From an uncultured Gammaproteobacteria bacterium (GTDB taxonomy: Bacteria; Patescibacteriota; Microgenomatia; PFEM01; DATLAM01), in the NCBI GenBank assembly GCA_964566925.1, contig CAZMIZ010000005.1, forward strand, positions 184 to 64,183: a stretch of DNA of 64,000 nucleotides. The letters run 5' to 3'. The position numbers were made by a program, and so were the translations under genes. Under the pieces are notes generated by a model. That model ran no database searches and was not told the DNA's origin. It saw only the letters and a program-made list of their open reading frames with translations. Every line of letters starts with the position of its first letter. The first letter of the stretch is position 1. Below, in pieces: positions 36,965-49,702 of the stretch.

Positions 36965-38452
36965 TTAAACCTTCTTGAGCCTAATCAGATATCTTCCTGG
37001 AGGGATAAATTTAGCCAGCCAAAGATCCACTTTATAAACTAAAGGAAACCAATTCCTTGCCAGTCTAAATGGGAAAAAATTAAGCCAAAGAGGAGCAAGC
37101 GTATCTAGGGGGAGCCTTTCTTCTATTTTTAAGTTAAATTTTTGACATAAATCAGTAAACTCTTCCCATGCAAAGAAATATTCATTGGGATAACGGTCGC
37201 GATAGATCTTTGGCCAACGTTTTTTGTTGGTGATATCCAGGATAATAAAATCTGTAGCCACCCTGGCTAGCTCAGCAAACATCTGAAGAGCGTCTTTTCT
37301 AGGGAGATGCCAGATAACCCGCAAGGAAAAGACAATTGGAAAGGAATTGTCTGGAAAGGGAAGTTGGGTGGCGCTAGCTAGTCTTGGTTTGGGTAACCCG
37401 GGTTTTTGCTGATATTGGTTGAGCATCGCCTGAGAGCTATCAATCGGGGAAACTGGATAACCTTTTTTAATTAATTCGGCGGTGATCCTTCCGGTTCCGC
37501 AACCTACTTCCAAAATTTTTCCATCTTTTTTAGGAAACAATTTAAAAAGAGATTTCAACTCGGCAAAATGTTTATAGCGGCCATAGTTATTGCCGAGCCG
37601 TTTTTGATCATATTCTTTGGCAGTGGCCACCAGGGCATAGCGGTTTTTAGGGTTAAGAGGATGAAGGGTCCCCCAAAAGAAGGATAAGATATCGCCTACC
37701 TTTAGAAAAAAAAGACTCAAAGTAATCAGCGGGTATCTAATTAGCTCCCTCCAGTTTCTAAAATAATCCTCAAACCGTTGTTGAGGACTTAAATGAGGGA
37801 CATGGGAATATTTCGCTTTAAGAGCGGGGTAAATCCTTCCCATCTCATATTTCCTTTTTAAGGCCCTCTTAAGGCTGGTAGTTTCTTTAGCGAATACCGT
37901 TGGCTGAATGCTTTTGGTTTTTACTCCCATTTTTCTTAAAGTAAGATGTAAGTTCCAGTCATCCGCCGGATCCAAGGCTTCATCATAGCCGCCGGCTTTT
38001 TCAAAGAGGCTTTTTTTAAGAAAAAGAGGCGCAATGACCGCCCGACTACCGCGAAGAATTCGCCTTTCAAGGGCTCGGCATTGGCTGATAAGATGAGTTT
38101 GTGGTGCCTCGACCTCGGGGATGATGATCGCCTCTGCCCCTTCTTTAGCTTTTTGGAAACAGGCTGATAAAACCTGAGGTGTGGGGGTCATGTCCACGTC
38201 AAGGTGGTAAAGATATTTCCCTTTTGCCTTTTGAGCAGCAAAGTTGCGGGCCGCACCCTTACTTAGATCTTTCTTAAAAACCTTGGCAAAGGGGTATTCT
38301 TTGACAATTTGGGAGATTTTTTTAGCCAAAACACCTGAAGTGACGATTAAAACCTCAAAGTCTTTGTAAGTTTGTTCGGCCAGTGATTTCAGGCATTGAT
38401 TAACTATTTTCGGATCTTCTCTGTTTGAGATGGGGACTAGGATAGAAATCAT
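36965..38452 (-). CDS. GT2 glycosyltransferase fused to a SAM-dependent methyltransferase
   Basis: MISILVP...ARN...LDVD...GGYDE..ADDW, followed by ILEVGCGTGR...ATQLPFPDNSF. Confidence 0.9.
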   Translation of the reverse strand: MISILVPISNREDPKIVNQCLKSLAEQTYKDFEVLIVTSGVLAKKISQIVKEYPFAKVFKKDLSKGAARNFAAQKAKGKYLYHLDVDMTPTPQVLSACFQKAKEGAEAIIIPEVEAPQTHLISQCRALERRILRGSRAVIAPLFLKKSLFEKAGGYDEALDPADDWNLHLTLRKMGVKTKSIQPTVFAKETTSLKRALKRKYEMGRIYPALKAKYSHVPHLSPQQRFEDYFRNWRELIRYPLITLSLFFLKVGDILSFFWGTLHPLNPKNRYALVATAKEYDQKRLGNNYGRYKHFAELKSLFKLFPKKDGKILEVGCGTGRITAELIKKGYPVSPIDSSQAMLNQYQQKPGLPKPRLASATQLPFPDNSFPIVFSLRVIWHLPRKDALQMFAELARVATDFIILDITNKKRWPKIYRDRYPNEYFFAWEEFTDLCQKFNLKIEERLPLDTLAPLWLNFFPFRLARNWFPLVYKVDLWLAKFIPPGRYLIRLKKV

Positions 38453-38537
38453 CGGCTTAATGATAACATAAACCTTTTAGAATTTAGGCCTTGATTTCCG
38501 CTTGATTCCTTGACTGGTGGTTTTTAAAGGTGTTAGG

Positions 38538-39638
38538 ATGAACAAAGTGAGGAAAAAACTAAACATCAACAACTTAAAGTTTTGCCATTTTCCCTGGATT
38601 TTAGCGTTAGTTTTGATTTTTCTTTTAACCGCCGGTGTAGTCATTTATTGGCAAGCGACTAGCTGGACAGAAAAAGTAGTTGTTGGTCGGGTAGAGACTG
38701 AAAAGTTGACCCTCGCTCGCTCCGGCGCCCTTTCGATTTCTCAATTTCTCCGTGAGAGAGAGACAGAGCTTTTGTTGCTTAGTGAAATAGAGTCAATCAA
38801 AAGCTTGAGAGAGGAAGAAGGAAGGGAGAAAATGGAGGTTTTAATTGACCGGATAAAAGATGCTCCTTTAGCCGACGTTGTTCGGGTCGGCAGTGACGGG
38901 ACAGCTCTTTGGGTTACCAATGTAGAAGATAATAGAGAAGGGGAAGGGGTTTCTCTGGCCGATCGAGATTATTTTATCTGGGCAAAAGATCAAAGCGGGC
39001 CAGGGCAAGTTTTTGTTGGGAAACCAGTGATTTCCAGGGGAGGGATTGTAGAAGGAAAATGGGTGGCGGTGATGGCTACTCCAGTTTTTTATCAAGACAG
39101 ATTTAATGGCTTGGTTTTTGTCTCTTTTCCCCTCGAGGGTTTGACCGAAAAATTTATCACCCCACTTGTTTCTCTGCCCGCGACTCAGGCTCTTCTTATT
39201 ACCCAGGATGGATTTGTGGTTGCCTCAACTATACCCCAGATAACCGGAGAAAATGTTTTAGAATATGGCCAACAGGAAGACTGGCCAAGACGTGAAGAAT
39301 ACTTGGCGATAACCAAGAAGGCACTTGAAGGGGAGGAAGGAAGCGCGGTCCATGATTATCTTCTGGTGGCCAATAAAAAGTTAATTAAAACGGTCACTGC
39401 TTATGCGCCAATAAGAGTTGATAGCCAAACTTGGTCTCTATGGATCACCGCTCCTTATAAAGAAGGGGTCAAATTTGCCTCACCAATTAGTATCGCCCAA
39501 AGCTTAGGCCTTGTTTTTGGTTTAATCGGGGCGTCAATTTTGATTTTAACTTTTATTTTAGGGATTAGGGTAGCCCAGAGGGACGCTTTTGTTGATGGCT
39601 TTCGGGATGGACGTGATGGAATTAAAAAGAAGAACTAG
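38538..39638 (+). CDS. Membrane-bound Cache-domain protein with no cytoplasmic output domain
   Basis: TM, dCache-like domain (LADRDYF, VGKPVISR, ATPVF, LITQDGFVVA, AYAPI...WSL), TM, then ~25-aa tail. Start ATG 38538 or GTG 38517. Confidence 0.8.
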   Translation: MNKVRKKLNINNLKFCHFPWILALVLIFLLTAGVVIYWQATSWTEKVVVGRVETEKLTLARSGALSISQFLRERETELLLLSEIESIKSLREEEGREKMEVLIDRIKDAPLADVVRVGSDGTALWVTNVEDNREGEGVSLADRDYFIWAKDQSGPGQVFVGKPVISRGGIVEGKWVAVMATPVFYQDRFNGLVFVSFPLEGLTEKFITPLVSLPATQALLITQDGFVVASTIPQITGENVLEYGQQEDWPRREEYLAITKKALEGEEGSAVHDYLLVANKKLIKTVTAYAPIRVDSQTWSLWITAPYKEGVKFASPISIAQSLGLVFGLIGASILILTFILGIRVAQRDAFVDGFRDGRDGIKKKN

Positions 39639-39991
39639 CCTCCTTCTGTTTTTGTTTTTTTAGCCATCTTTCTGGCGCATTCACCACAGATTTTTTCTTT
39701 TCGCCAAGATGCCGCTAGGGTGGGCTTACCACAGACCGAGCAGGAAAGGAGATGGAGGCTGTCACGACCAACTTTTCCTCGAATAATTTCGTCAAAAGTA
39801 AAGATTAAAAAGATAATTCCGATTTGGGCTGCGGGGAGGCCTAAAAAAAGGCTCCAGCCCGGAATCCGCAGGGTAAGGATCCAGATTCCTCCCAAAAAAA
39901 GAATTAAAGAGAGAATAATTGCCGGGACCGTTTTGGTAACGAAGATTAAGAAAAGTTGTTTAGCGCTACTGGTTAACTTGGCAGGCATCAC
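39635..39991 (-). CDS. Small membrane protein with a C-terminal zinc ribbon
   Basis: Two TM helices, then CSVCGK...ICGEC. Confidence 0.7.
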   Translation of the reverse strand: MMPAKLTSSAKQLFLIFVTKTVPAIILSLILFLGGIWILTLRIPGWSLFLGLPAAQIGIIFLIFTFDEIIRGKVGRDSLHLLSCSVCGKPTLAASWRKEKICGECARKMAKKTKTEGG

Positions 39992-40035
39992 GGAGTAATT
40001 GTAGCATTTCTCTTCAAAATGGTAAAATCGAGCTC

Positions 40036-41298
40036 ATGAAAGGTAAGAAGATTGCGGTGGCCATGAGTGGAGGAGTTGATTCCGGGGTGGCGGCCGCTTT
40101 GGTGGTCAAGGCTGGATTTCAGGCGGCTGGGTTTCATCTGCAGCTTTGGTCGGAGCCAGCGTCTGGGAGCCAGCGCCGAGCACCTAGTTTTGAGAACAAA
40201 TGTTGTAGCTCCGAATCATTGGAAGCGGCCAGGAAAACGGCTCACCAATTAGGAATGCCTTTTTATACCATTAATCTTGAGAAGATTTTTAAAAAAAGAG
40301 TGGTTGACTATTTTTTAAAAGAATATGGTTTAGGTCAGACGCCAAATCCTTGTGTGATGTGTAACCGCTTCGTTAAATTCGGCGAACTCTTAGATTATGT
40401 TAGAAAGTTGGGTTATGATTATTTAGCGACTGGTCATTATGCGAGAATTATGGAAGGCACTGAGGTCGCCCACCGAAATTTTGATGTCGGCTTCAGTTTC
40501 TCTCGCGAAAAGACGCACGTTGTTGAAAAAACTCATCGGCGCTCGCAAAGTGAAGCCTCACAAAATTTGATGGGCTCCCCGCGTTTTCTCCGTCTCTTAA
40601 TGGGAAAGGATAGGGTTAAGGATCAGTCTTATTTTCTCTACAGTCTCACTCAAAAACAATTAGCTCAAGTAATGTTTCCAGTGGGGAATTATCTTAAAAA
40701 AGAGGTGAGGGCGATGGCGAAGAAATGGAAATTGCCAGTGGCGGAGCGGCCTGAATCCCAAGAGATTTGTTTTTTTCCGGAGGCGGATTACCGACCTTTT
40801 TTAAAGCGCCAAATTCCTAAAAAAATTGTTCCGGGTGAAGTGGTGGACGTTAAAGGAAAGGTGATTGGGAGACATCAAGGGATACCATTATATACTGTTG
40901 GTCAGCGCCACGGTTTTGCGATTACCGATAGGAAGGTGATTGGGCCCCTGTATGTGATTGGCAAGGACAGTAAGAAAAATCAGCTAATAGTTGGTTTTGG
41001 AAAAGAAGCGGAAATTAATGAATTTTGGGTAAAAAATGTGAACTGGCTTGTCCGCCGAAGTCTTGGCAAAGGCGGAATGGAATGTAAGGTTAGAATCCGG
41101 CATCAAGGAGAGCTTTTGGACGCTAAGATATTAAGATATAAGAACACTAGGAGAGTAAAAGTGGAGCTGGTTGAAGGGGAGCGGGGCGTTTCTCCTGGCC
41201 AAGCAGCCGTATTTTACTTGCCCAGTGAAGTTTCGACGAAGTTGGGCCAGAAAAAAACTTATGAAGTCCTCGGTGGAGGAATAATCACTAATTATTGA
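40036..41298 (+). CDS. mnmA: tRNA 2-thiouridine(34) synthase MnmA (with in-frame insertions)
   Basis: AMSGGVDS, TPNPCVMCN, ATGHYAR, KDQSYFL, ESQEICF, YTVGQR and PGQAAVFY. Confidence 0.96.
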   Translation: MKGKKIAVAMSGGVDSGVAAALVVKAGFQAAGFHLQLWSEPASGSQRRAPSFENKCCSSESLEAARKTAHQLGMPFYTINLEKIFKKRVVDYFLKEYGLGQTPNPCVMCNRFVKFGELLDYVRKLGYDYLATGHYARIMEGTEVAHRNFDVGFSFSREKTHVVEKTHRRSQSEASQNLMGSPRFLRLLMGKDRVKDQSYFLYSLTQKQLAQVMFPVGNYLKKEVRAMAKKWKLPVAERPESQEICFFPEADYRPFLKRQIPKKIVPGEVVDVKGKVIGRHQGIPLYTVGQRHGFAITDRKVIGPLYVIGKDSKKNQLIVGFGKEAEINEFWVKNVNWLVRRSLGKGGMECKVRIRHQGELLDAKILRYKNTRRVKVELVEGERGVSPGQAAVFYLPSEVSTKLGQKKTYEVLGGGIITNY

Positions 41299-41402
41299 CT
41301 ATTCTTTTCGCGACAGCAATTTATAGTTGATGGCTCGTTGGTTTTTGATTTAATGGTCTATAATTTATTTGTTGCCCAAGAGCTGCTCTTCTAAAGATAA
41401 AT

Positions 41403-42026
41403 ATGAGAACTCCAGAGCGTTTAGCGAATGTCGTTAGCCGTCTTCCCTTGCCTAAATATGAATGGGATGAAATTGAAAGTACCTTCGAGAGGATTTTTAA
41501 ATACTTTCTTTCCGAACCATGGACCAGGGGTCATCCAAGACTTAATGTTAAGACAATTATTAAACTTATGAATATGACTGATCGAGGGATCTTAATTCCA
41601 GTGAAAGCAACAAGGCGTTTACTCCCAGCTTTAACTAAAGAGCGGTTCAAAGAGATAGTTAAAAGAGAAGTGGTTGAGCGCGGCGGGAGGGTTTCAAAGA
41701 TTGACGCTTTTTTGATAGGAACTGGAGTGGAGAATGAGGGTCATTTGATTCAGACCGTTATAGGAGGAAGCCCCGAATTGGTAATTGAGGCAGGAAGCCT
41801 TGGCGTAATTGAAGGAGTAGACCATGATTATCTCCCGACAAGATTATTTGTCTGTTGGGAAGGGTTTCGTGCTGATGGAAGATTTAATTCCAATGGAAGG
41901 AGATCGGGAATTCCATCAATTTCTTTGCAACCCGGAGACGATTTTGATCTCCAGATTCTTTGGGATTATTCACTTGAGGATTTAGGAATAGGATCAATCA
42001 GAAGAGAGATTAAGAGATTTAATTGA
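41403..42026 (+). CDS. Hypothetical protein
   Basis: 207-aa ORF with -10 TATAAT at 41359-41364; no recognisable motif. Confidence 0.72.
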   Translation: MRTPERLANVVSRLPLPKYEWDEIESTFERIFKYFLSEPWTRGHPRLNVKTIIKLMNMTDRGILIPVKATRRLLPALTKERFKEIVKREVVERGGRVSKIDAFLIGTGVENEGHLIQTVIGGSPELVIEAGSLGVIEGVDHDYLPTRLFVCWEGFRADGRFNSNGRRSGIPSISLQPGDDFDLQILWDYSLEDLGIGSIRREIKRFN

Positions 42027-42051
42027 CAAGGAAGAATAATTTTGTTATTAT
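42023..42051 (+). promoter_or_regulatory. Sigma70 promoter upstream of the 16S leader
   Basis: TTGACA (42023-42028), 17 nt, TATTAT (42046-42051) with TG extension. Confidence 0.7.
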
Positions 42052-42214
42052 CGAACCAGACATGACTTGAAATCTTTGACCAGGTCGGGTCCGCCAACTG
42101 GCGGAGGCCCACTATAGCATGTTGATCCCGACTCTGGTCGGGATTTTTGATTGACATTAATAATTCATAAATAGCCAATCACCCGCCGAAGCTTTAGCGA
42201 AGGTGGGTAGACAA

Positions 42215-42234
42215 GCACCTTGAAAACTAAATAG
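42215..42234 (+). promoter_or_regulatory. boxA-like antitermination element (second copy before 23S at 46295-46314)
   Basis: GCACCTTGAAAACTAAATAG before 16S and GCTCCTTGAAAAGTAAATAG before 23S. Confidence 0.65.
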
Positions 42235-42257
42235 ATCTCGTCAAATCACATCTTTGA

Positions 42258-42326
42258 TCCCGTATAACCTTACCGTTCGCCTTTTCAATTCTATTCGAAT
42301 ACGGCTTACGGAGCGGTTTAACGGGA
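42258..42326 (-). repeat. Copy B of the ~50-bp repeat, in the 16S leader
   Basis: CTTACCGTTCGCCTTTTCAATTCTATTCGAATACGGCTTACGGAGCGG flanked by TCCCGT/ACGGGA. Confidence 0.8.
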
Positions 42327-42380
42327 CTGAGTGCTATTTATTTTTTTAAAGGTATTCAGCAATCAGGATGTGGTAGGAAA

Positions 42381-43847
<1,467 letters not shown>

Positions 43848-43993
43848 CTAGGAGTTGTTCGGCCCCGCGGAGCTTTATGCGAAGTGGGGGAAACACCCCG
43901 AGATTTTGTTAATTTTGCTCGCTAACTAAAATTGACATCTTCCTACCACTTCCTGGTTGTTGAGAACTGTAGTTAATTTACAAATAGTTCGAA

Positions 43994-44063
43994 ATCCTGC
44001 CAAAATTGCTCCTTGAGCCGTTTTCGAATAGAACCCAAAGGCGAAAGGTAAAATTAGTAGGAT
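43994..44063 (+). repeat. Copy C of the ~50-bp repeat
   Basis: GCTCCTTGAGCCGTTTTCGAATAGAACCCAAAGGCGAAAGGTAA flanked by ATCCTGC/GTAGGAT. Confidence 0.85.
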
Positions 44064-44078
44064 CAAGAGAACAAAGAG

Positions 44079-44100
44079 TCCGCCACATGGCGGATTTTTT
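44079..44100 (+). terminator. Probable intrinsic terminator after 16S
   Basis: TCCGCCA-CA-TGGCGGA hairpin followed by TTTTTT. Confidence 0.6.
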
Positions 44101-44127
44101 GTATTTATGATAAAATTAAGGTGATCT

Positions 44128-44199
44128 GGGCACGTAGTTCACTGGTAGAACGCTTACCTGATAAGTAAGAAGTAGATGGTTCGATTCCATCCGTGCCCA
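44128..44199 (+). tRNA. tRNA-Ile(GAT), CCA not encoded
   Basis: Acceptor GGGCACG/CGTGCCC; anticodon arm CTTAC-CTGATAA-GTAAG; T arm GATGG-TTCGATT-CCATC. Confidence 0.95.
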
Positions 44200-44309
44200 C
44201 AAGGAGGTCTCAGGCCTGCCCCGTCAAACCGCTCTTTGAGCCGTTTTCGAATAGAACCCAAAGGCGAAAAGTAAGGTTATACGGGGTTCGAATCCTGAAC
44301 GGCCCACCA
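44200..44309 (+). pseudogene. 3' half of a tRNA interrupted in the T arm by repeat copy D (44215-44286)
   Basis: Removing 44215-44286 restores CAAGG-AGGTC-TCAGG-TTCGAAT-CCTGA-ACGGCCC-ACCA. Confidence 0.75.
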
Positions 44310-44407
44310 TTGAGATAAGGTAGGACGTGGCAAATTAGGCACTTTTTGAAAGAAAGACCAAGAAAACTTCTTGTAACTTTTTAAAAAGGGGAGTATAATT
44401 TAATCAA

Positions 44408-45148
44408 ATGAGTTTAGTGGTTGCTACTTACGTACCGGAAGGCATTGTTATGGCGTCGGATAGCCGCCAGTCTGTTACCGTGGGAGGTAGAACCCCGGAA
44501 GGGAAGAAACTCCCACCAGTGCAAACTGTTAATTCCGACGCCGTTTATAAGACATTCCTGATTAAAATTGGCAGCAAGGAGGGTAAAACAAACATTGGTA
44601 TCAGTACTTTTGGGGAAGGAATACTGGGTGGAATCCAGACGGCCGGGCATATTAAAAAGTTTCAAGAGAAGGTATTAGCTAAAGATGACGACATTGAGAG
44701 TGTAGTCAAGAAGATTGTCCGTTTTTTCCATAAAGATTTTCCGAAAGCAAAGACTGGTTTCCATGTGGCGGGTTATAAGAAAGAAGGAAAATTGAGTACT
44801 CCTTATGTTTTTTATTGCCATGTGGGCGATAACAAAATAATGAGAAGAAACCAGAAACCTGATGGGGCTGTTGCGTACGGCGCTACATGGTCAGGGCAGA
44901 TTGATATTGTCTCGAGTATTTTAAATCCTGCCCCAAATCAGCCTCCAAAAGCGCCAATTATTTGGGATGCAATGACCCTTCAAGATGCTATCGATTTCTC
45001 GGTTTATGCTATCCGAACGACAATTGATACTATTAGGTTCCAAGCAAGACCTAAAAATGTGGGCGGACCAATTGATGTTTTACTGCTAACTCCAGAGAAA
45101 GCTCGTTGGGTTCAAAAAAAAGAATTAAAAGGAGGAGAAGAGTTTTAG
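44408..45148 (+). CDS. Proteasome-beta-like Ntn-hydrolase-fold protein
   Basis: N-terminal MSLVVATYVPEGIVMASDSR, FHVAGY and C-terminal VGGPIDVLLLTP; -10 TATAAT at 44394-44399. Confidence 0.75.
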   Translation: MSLVVATYVPEGIVMASDSRQSVTVGGRTPEGKKLPPVQTVNSDAVYKTFLIKIGSKEGKTNIGISTFGEGILGGIQTAGHIKKFQEKVLAKDDDIESVVKKIVRFFHKDFPKAKTGFHVAGYKKEGKLSTPYVFYCHVGDNKIMRRNQKPDGAVAYGATWSGQIDIVSSILNPAPNQPPKAPIIWDAMTLQDAIDFSVYAIRTTIDTIRFQARPKNVGGPIDVLLLTPEKARWVQKKELKGGEEF

Positions 45149-45250
45149 GCTAGGCACTCTCGCTCTTTCCTTCAGTAAGTTTTTCATTATAATAGTAAGT
45201 TTCAACAGCGATTGAAAGACTGGGCGATTTTTAGTAAAATTATCTGAGAG

Positions 45251-45742
45251 ATGAAAGCCGACAAAACCAATTCAGAGACAAGTCTTAATACCGGAACTAT
45301 TTTGATCGATAGTTGCGTTGATGGATTAAGTAAATCTTTTTCCGAAGCAAGACTTCCTGAGGGATGGAGGGTAAAACGAGCTAAAAATAGTTTTTCGGAA
45401 ACTGACGAAATGTGCTTTATGCCCAACTTCCTAAAACAACAAGAAAGAGTATTAGTCGTTACTTCTGATAAGAATGATTTCAATTCGTTTGTTTCACCAA
45501 AGTGTTGCGTTGTTACTTTCTCCAATGGGAACATAGAGGCTCCGTTACAGGAAGATTTAATAAAACGGCTTTTTACAAACAAGCCATTTAGGAGCCTGAA
45601 TAATCTTTTTAGTATTGGACGAATTGTAATAGAGAAATGCGGACGAGTAAATTATAAGCGCTTTGGCAGACCGATAAGTAAGATTTTGCGCTCCCCACAT
45701 CTCCACAACCATAAACCTTTTACTTTAGTAATAAAGAAGTAG
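45251..45742 (+). CDS. Hypothetical protein, PIN-like (DUF5615/Mut7-C-like)
   Basis: ILIDSCV...ETDEM...VLVVTSDKNDF acidic-residue pattern. Confidence 0.55.
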   Translation: MKADKTNSETSLNTGTILIDSCVDGLSKSFSEARLPEGWRVKRAKNSFSETDEMCFMPNFLKQQERVLVVTSDKNDFNSFVSPKCCVVTFSNGNIEAPLQEDLIKRLFTNKPFRSLNNLFSIGRIVIEKCGRVNYKRFGRPISKILRSPHLHNHKPFTLVIKK

Positions 45743-45781
45743 AAAAGAGAGCGATTTCTTAGGGGTTTATTTTAACTTTGC

Positions 45782-45810
45782 TTGACACTTCTTTACAAGC
45801 TTGTTATAAT
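45782..45810 (+). promoter_or_regulatory. Consensus sigma70 promoter
   Basis: TTGACA (45782-45787), 17 nt, TATAAT (45805-45810) with TG extension. Confidence 0.85.
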
Positions 45811-45815
45811 GAGCC

Positions 45816-45948
45816 TACTTAGGAGACAGTCCTAAGAAGTTTTTATGAGAAGCCTGCAAAAAATAATTCAAACTTTGGTGGTCTTTTTGCGTGGTGATTG
45901 AGGCTTCTTGGTAAACTTCCAAGACTGGCTCCGCAAGGAGCCTTTTTT
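45816..45948 (+). ncRNA. Candidate structured small RNA or leader, ending in an intrinsic terminator
   Basis: Hairpin CTTAGGA/TCCTAAG; long stem GAAGTTT..AGAAGCCT GCAAAAA/TTTTTGC..AGGCTTCT..AAACTTC; terminator GGCTCC-GCAA-GGAGCC-TTTTTT. Confidence 0.5.
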
Positions 45949-45981
45949 AATTGTCCTTTAAAAAATATATAAATAGCCAAT

Positions 45982-46053
45982 TACCCACCAAAGACCGCTC
46001 CCTGAGCCGTATACGAATAGTATCTAAAGGCGAAGGGTAAGGTCGGGCGGGTA
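45982..46053 (+). repeat. Copy E of the ~50-bp repeat, upstream of tRNA-Ala
   Basis: CCGCTCCCTGAGCCGTATACGAATAGTATCTAAAGGCGAAGGGTAAGG flanked by TACCCACC/GGCGGGTA. Confidence 0.8.
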
Positions 46054-46060
46054 GGATTCC

Positions 46061-46136
46061 GGGCCGATAGCTCAGTTGGCAGAGCGTCGCTTTTGCATAG
46101 CGAAGGTCAGCGGTTCGAACCCGCTTCGGTCCACCA
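46061..46136 (+). tRNA. tRNA-Ala(TGC)
   Basis: GGGCCGA/TCGGTCC with G3:U70; anticodon arm TCGCT-TTTGCAT-AGCGA; ends ACCA. Confidence 0.96.
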
Positions 46137-46391
46137 AGGATTTATCCTTAATTGACAAATCAATGATAGGGTTTCCGCCTTTGGCGGAAAGCACCTTCCC
46201 GCCCAGTCTTAGCACTCGGCTTCAGGTACTATTCGTACACGCCTCGTGCTGCGACTTTTGGCGGGTGCGTCGCTAAATTTGCGGCGCAAATTTAGCTCCT
46301 TGAAAAGTAAATAGAAAGAAACCCAGCCCCTCGCGAAGGGCTGGGAAAACCGATCTTTCAGCCAAAGGCTGATCATCTTATGGATGATAGA

Positions 46392-49441
<3,050 letters not shown>

Positions 49442-49509
49442 TTTAATCATCCAAAGGGGTGATCAGTCTTTGATTGAAAAGATCGGTCTTATTGAAAATT
49501 AAAAAATTT

Positions 49510-49625
49510 GCTGGTGCTTTGAGCGATACGGCCCCACCTCTTCCCATTCCGAACAGAGAAGTGAAACGTATCAGCGCCGACGATAGTATATCTTCTCAGA
49601 TATGCGAAAATAGGTCAGTGCCAGC
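49510..49625 (+). rRNA. rrf: 5S rRNA
   Basis: GCTGGTGC...CCCATTCCGAAC...GAAGTGAAAC...GCCGACGATAGT...GAAAATAGGTCAGTGCCAGC. Confidence 0.95.
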
Positions 49626-49702
49626 TTTTTTTGTGGTTGCCAAGAAGACCAAAATGTAATATAATATCAACAAGATTCCTAGAGAAAGGTGGTTTATGAA
49701 AA

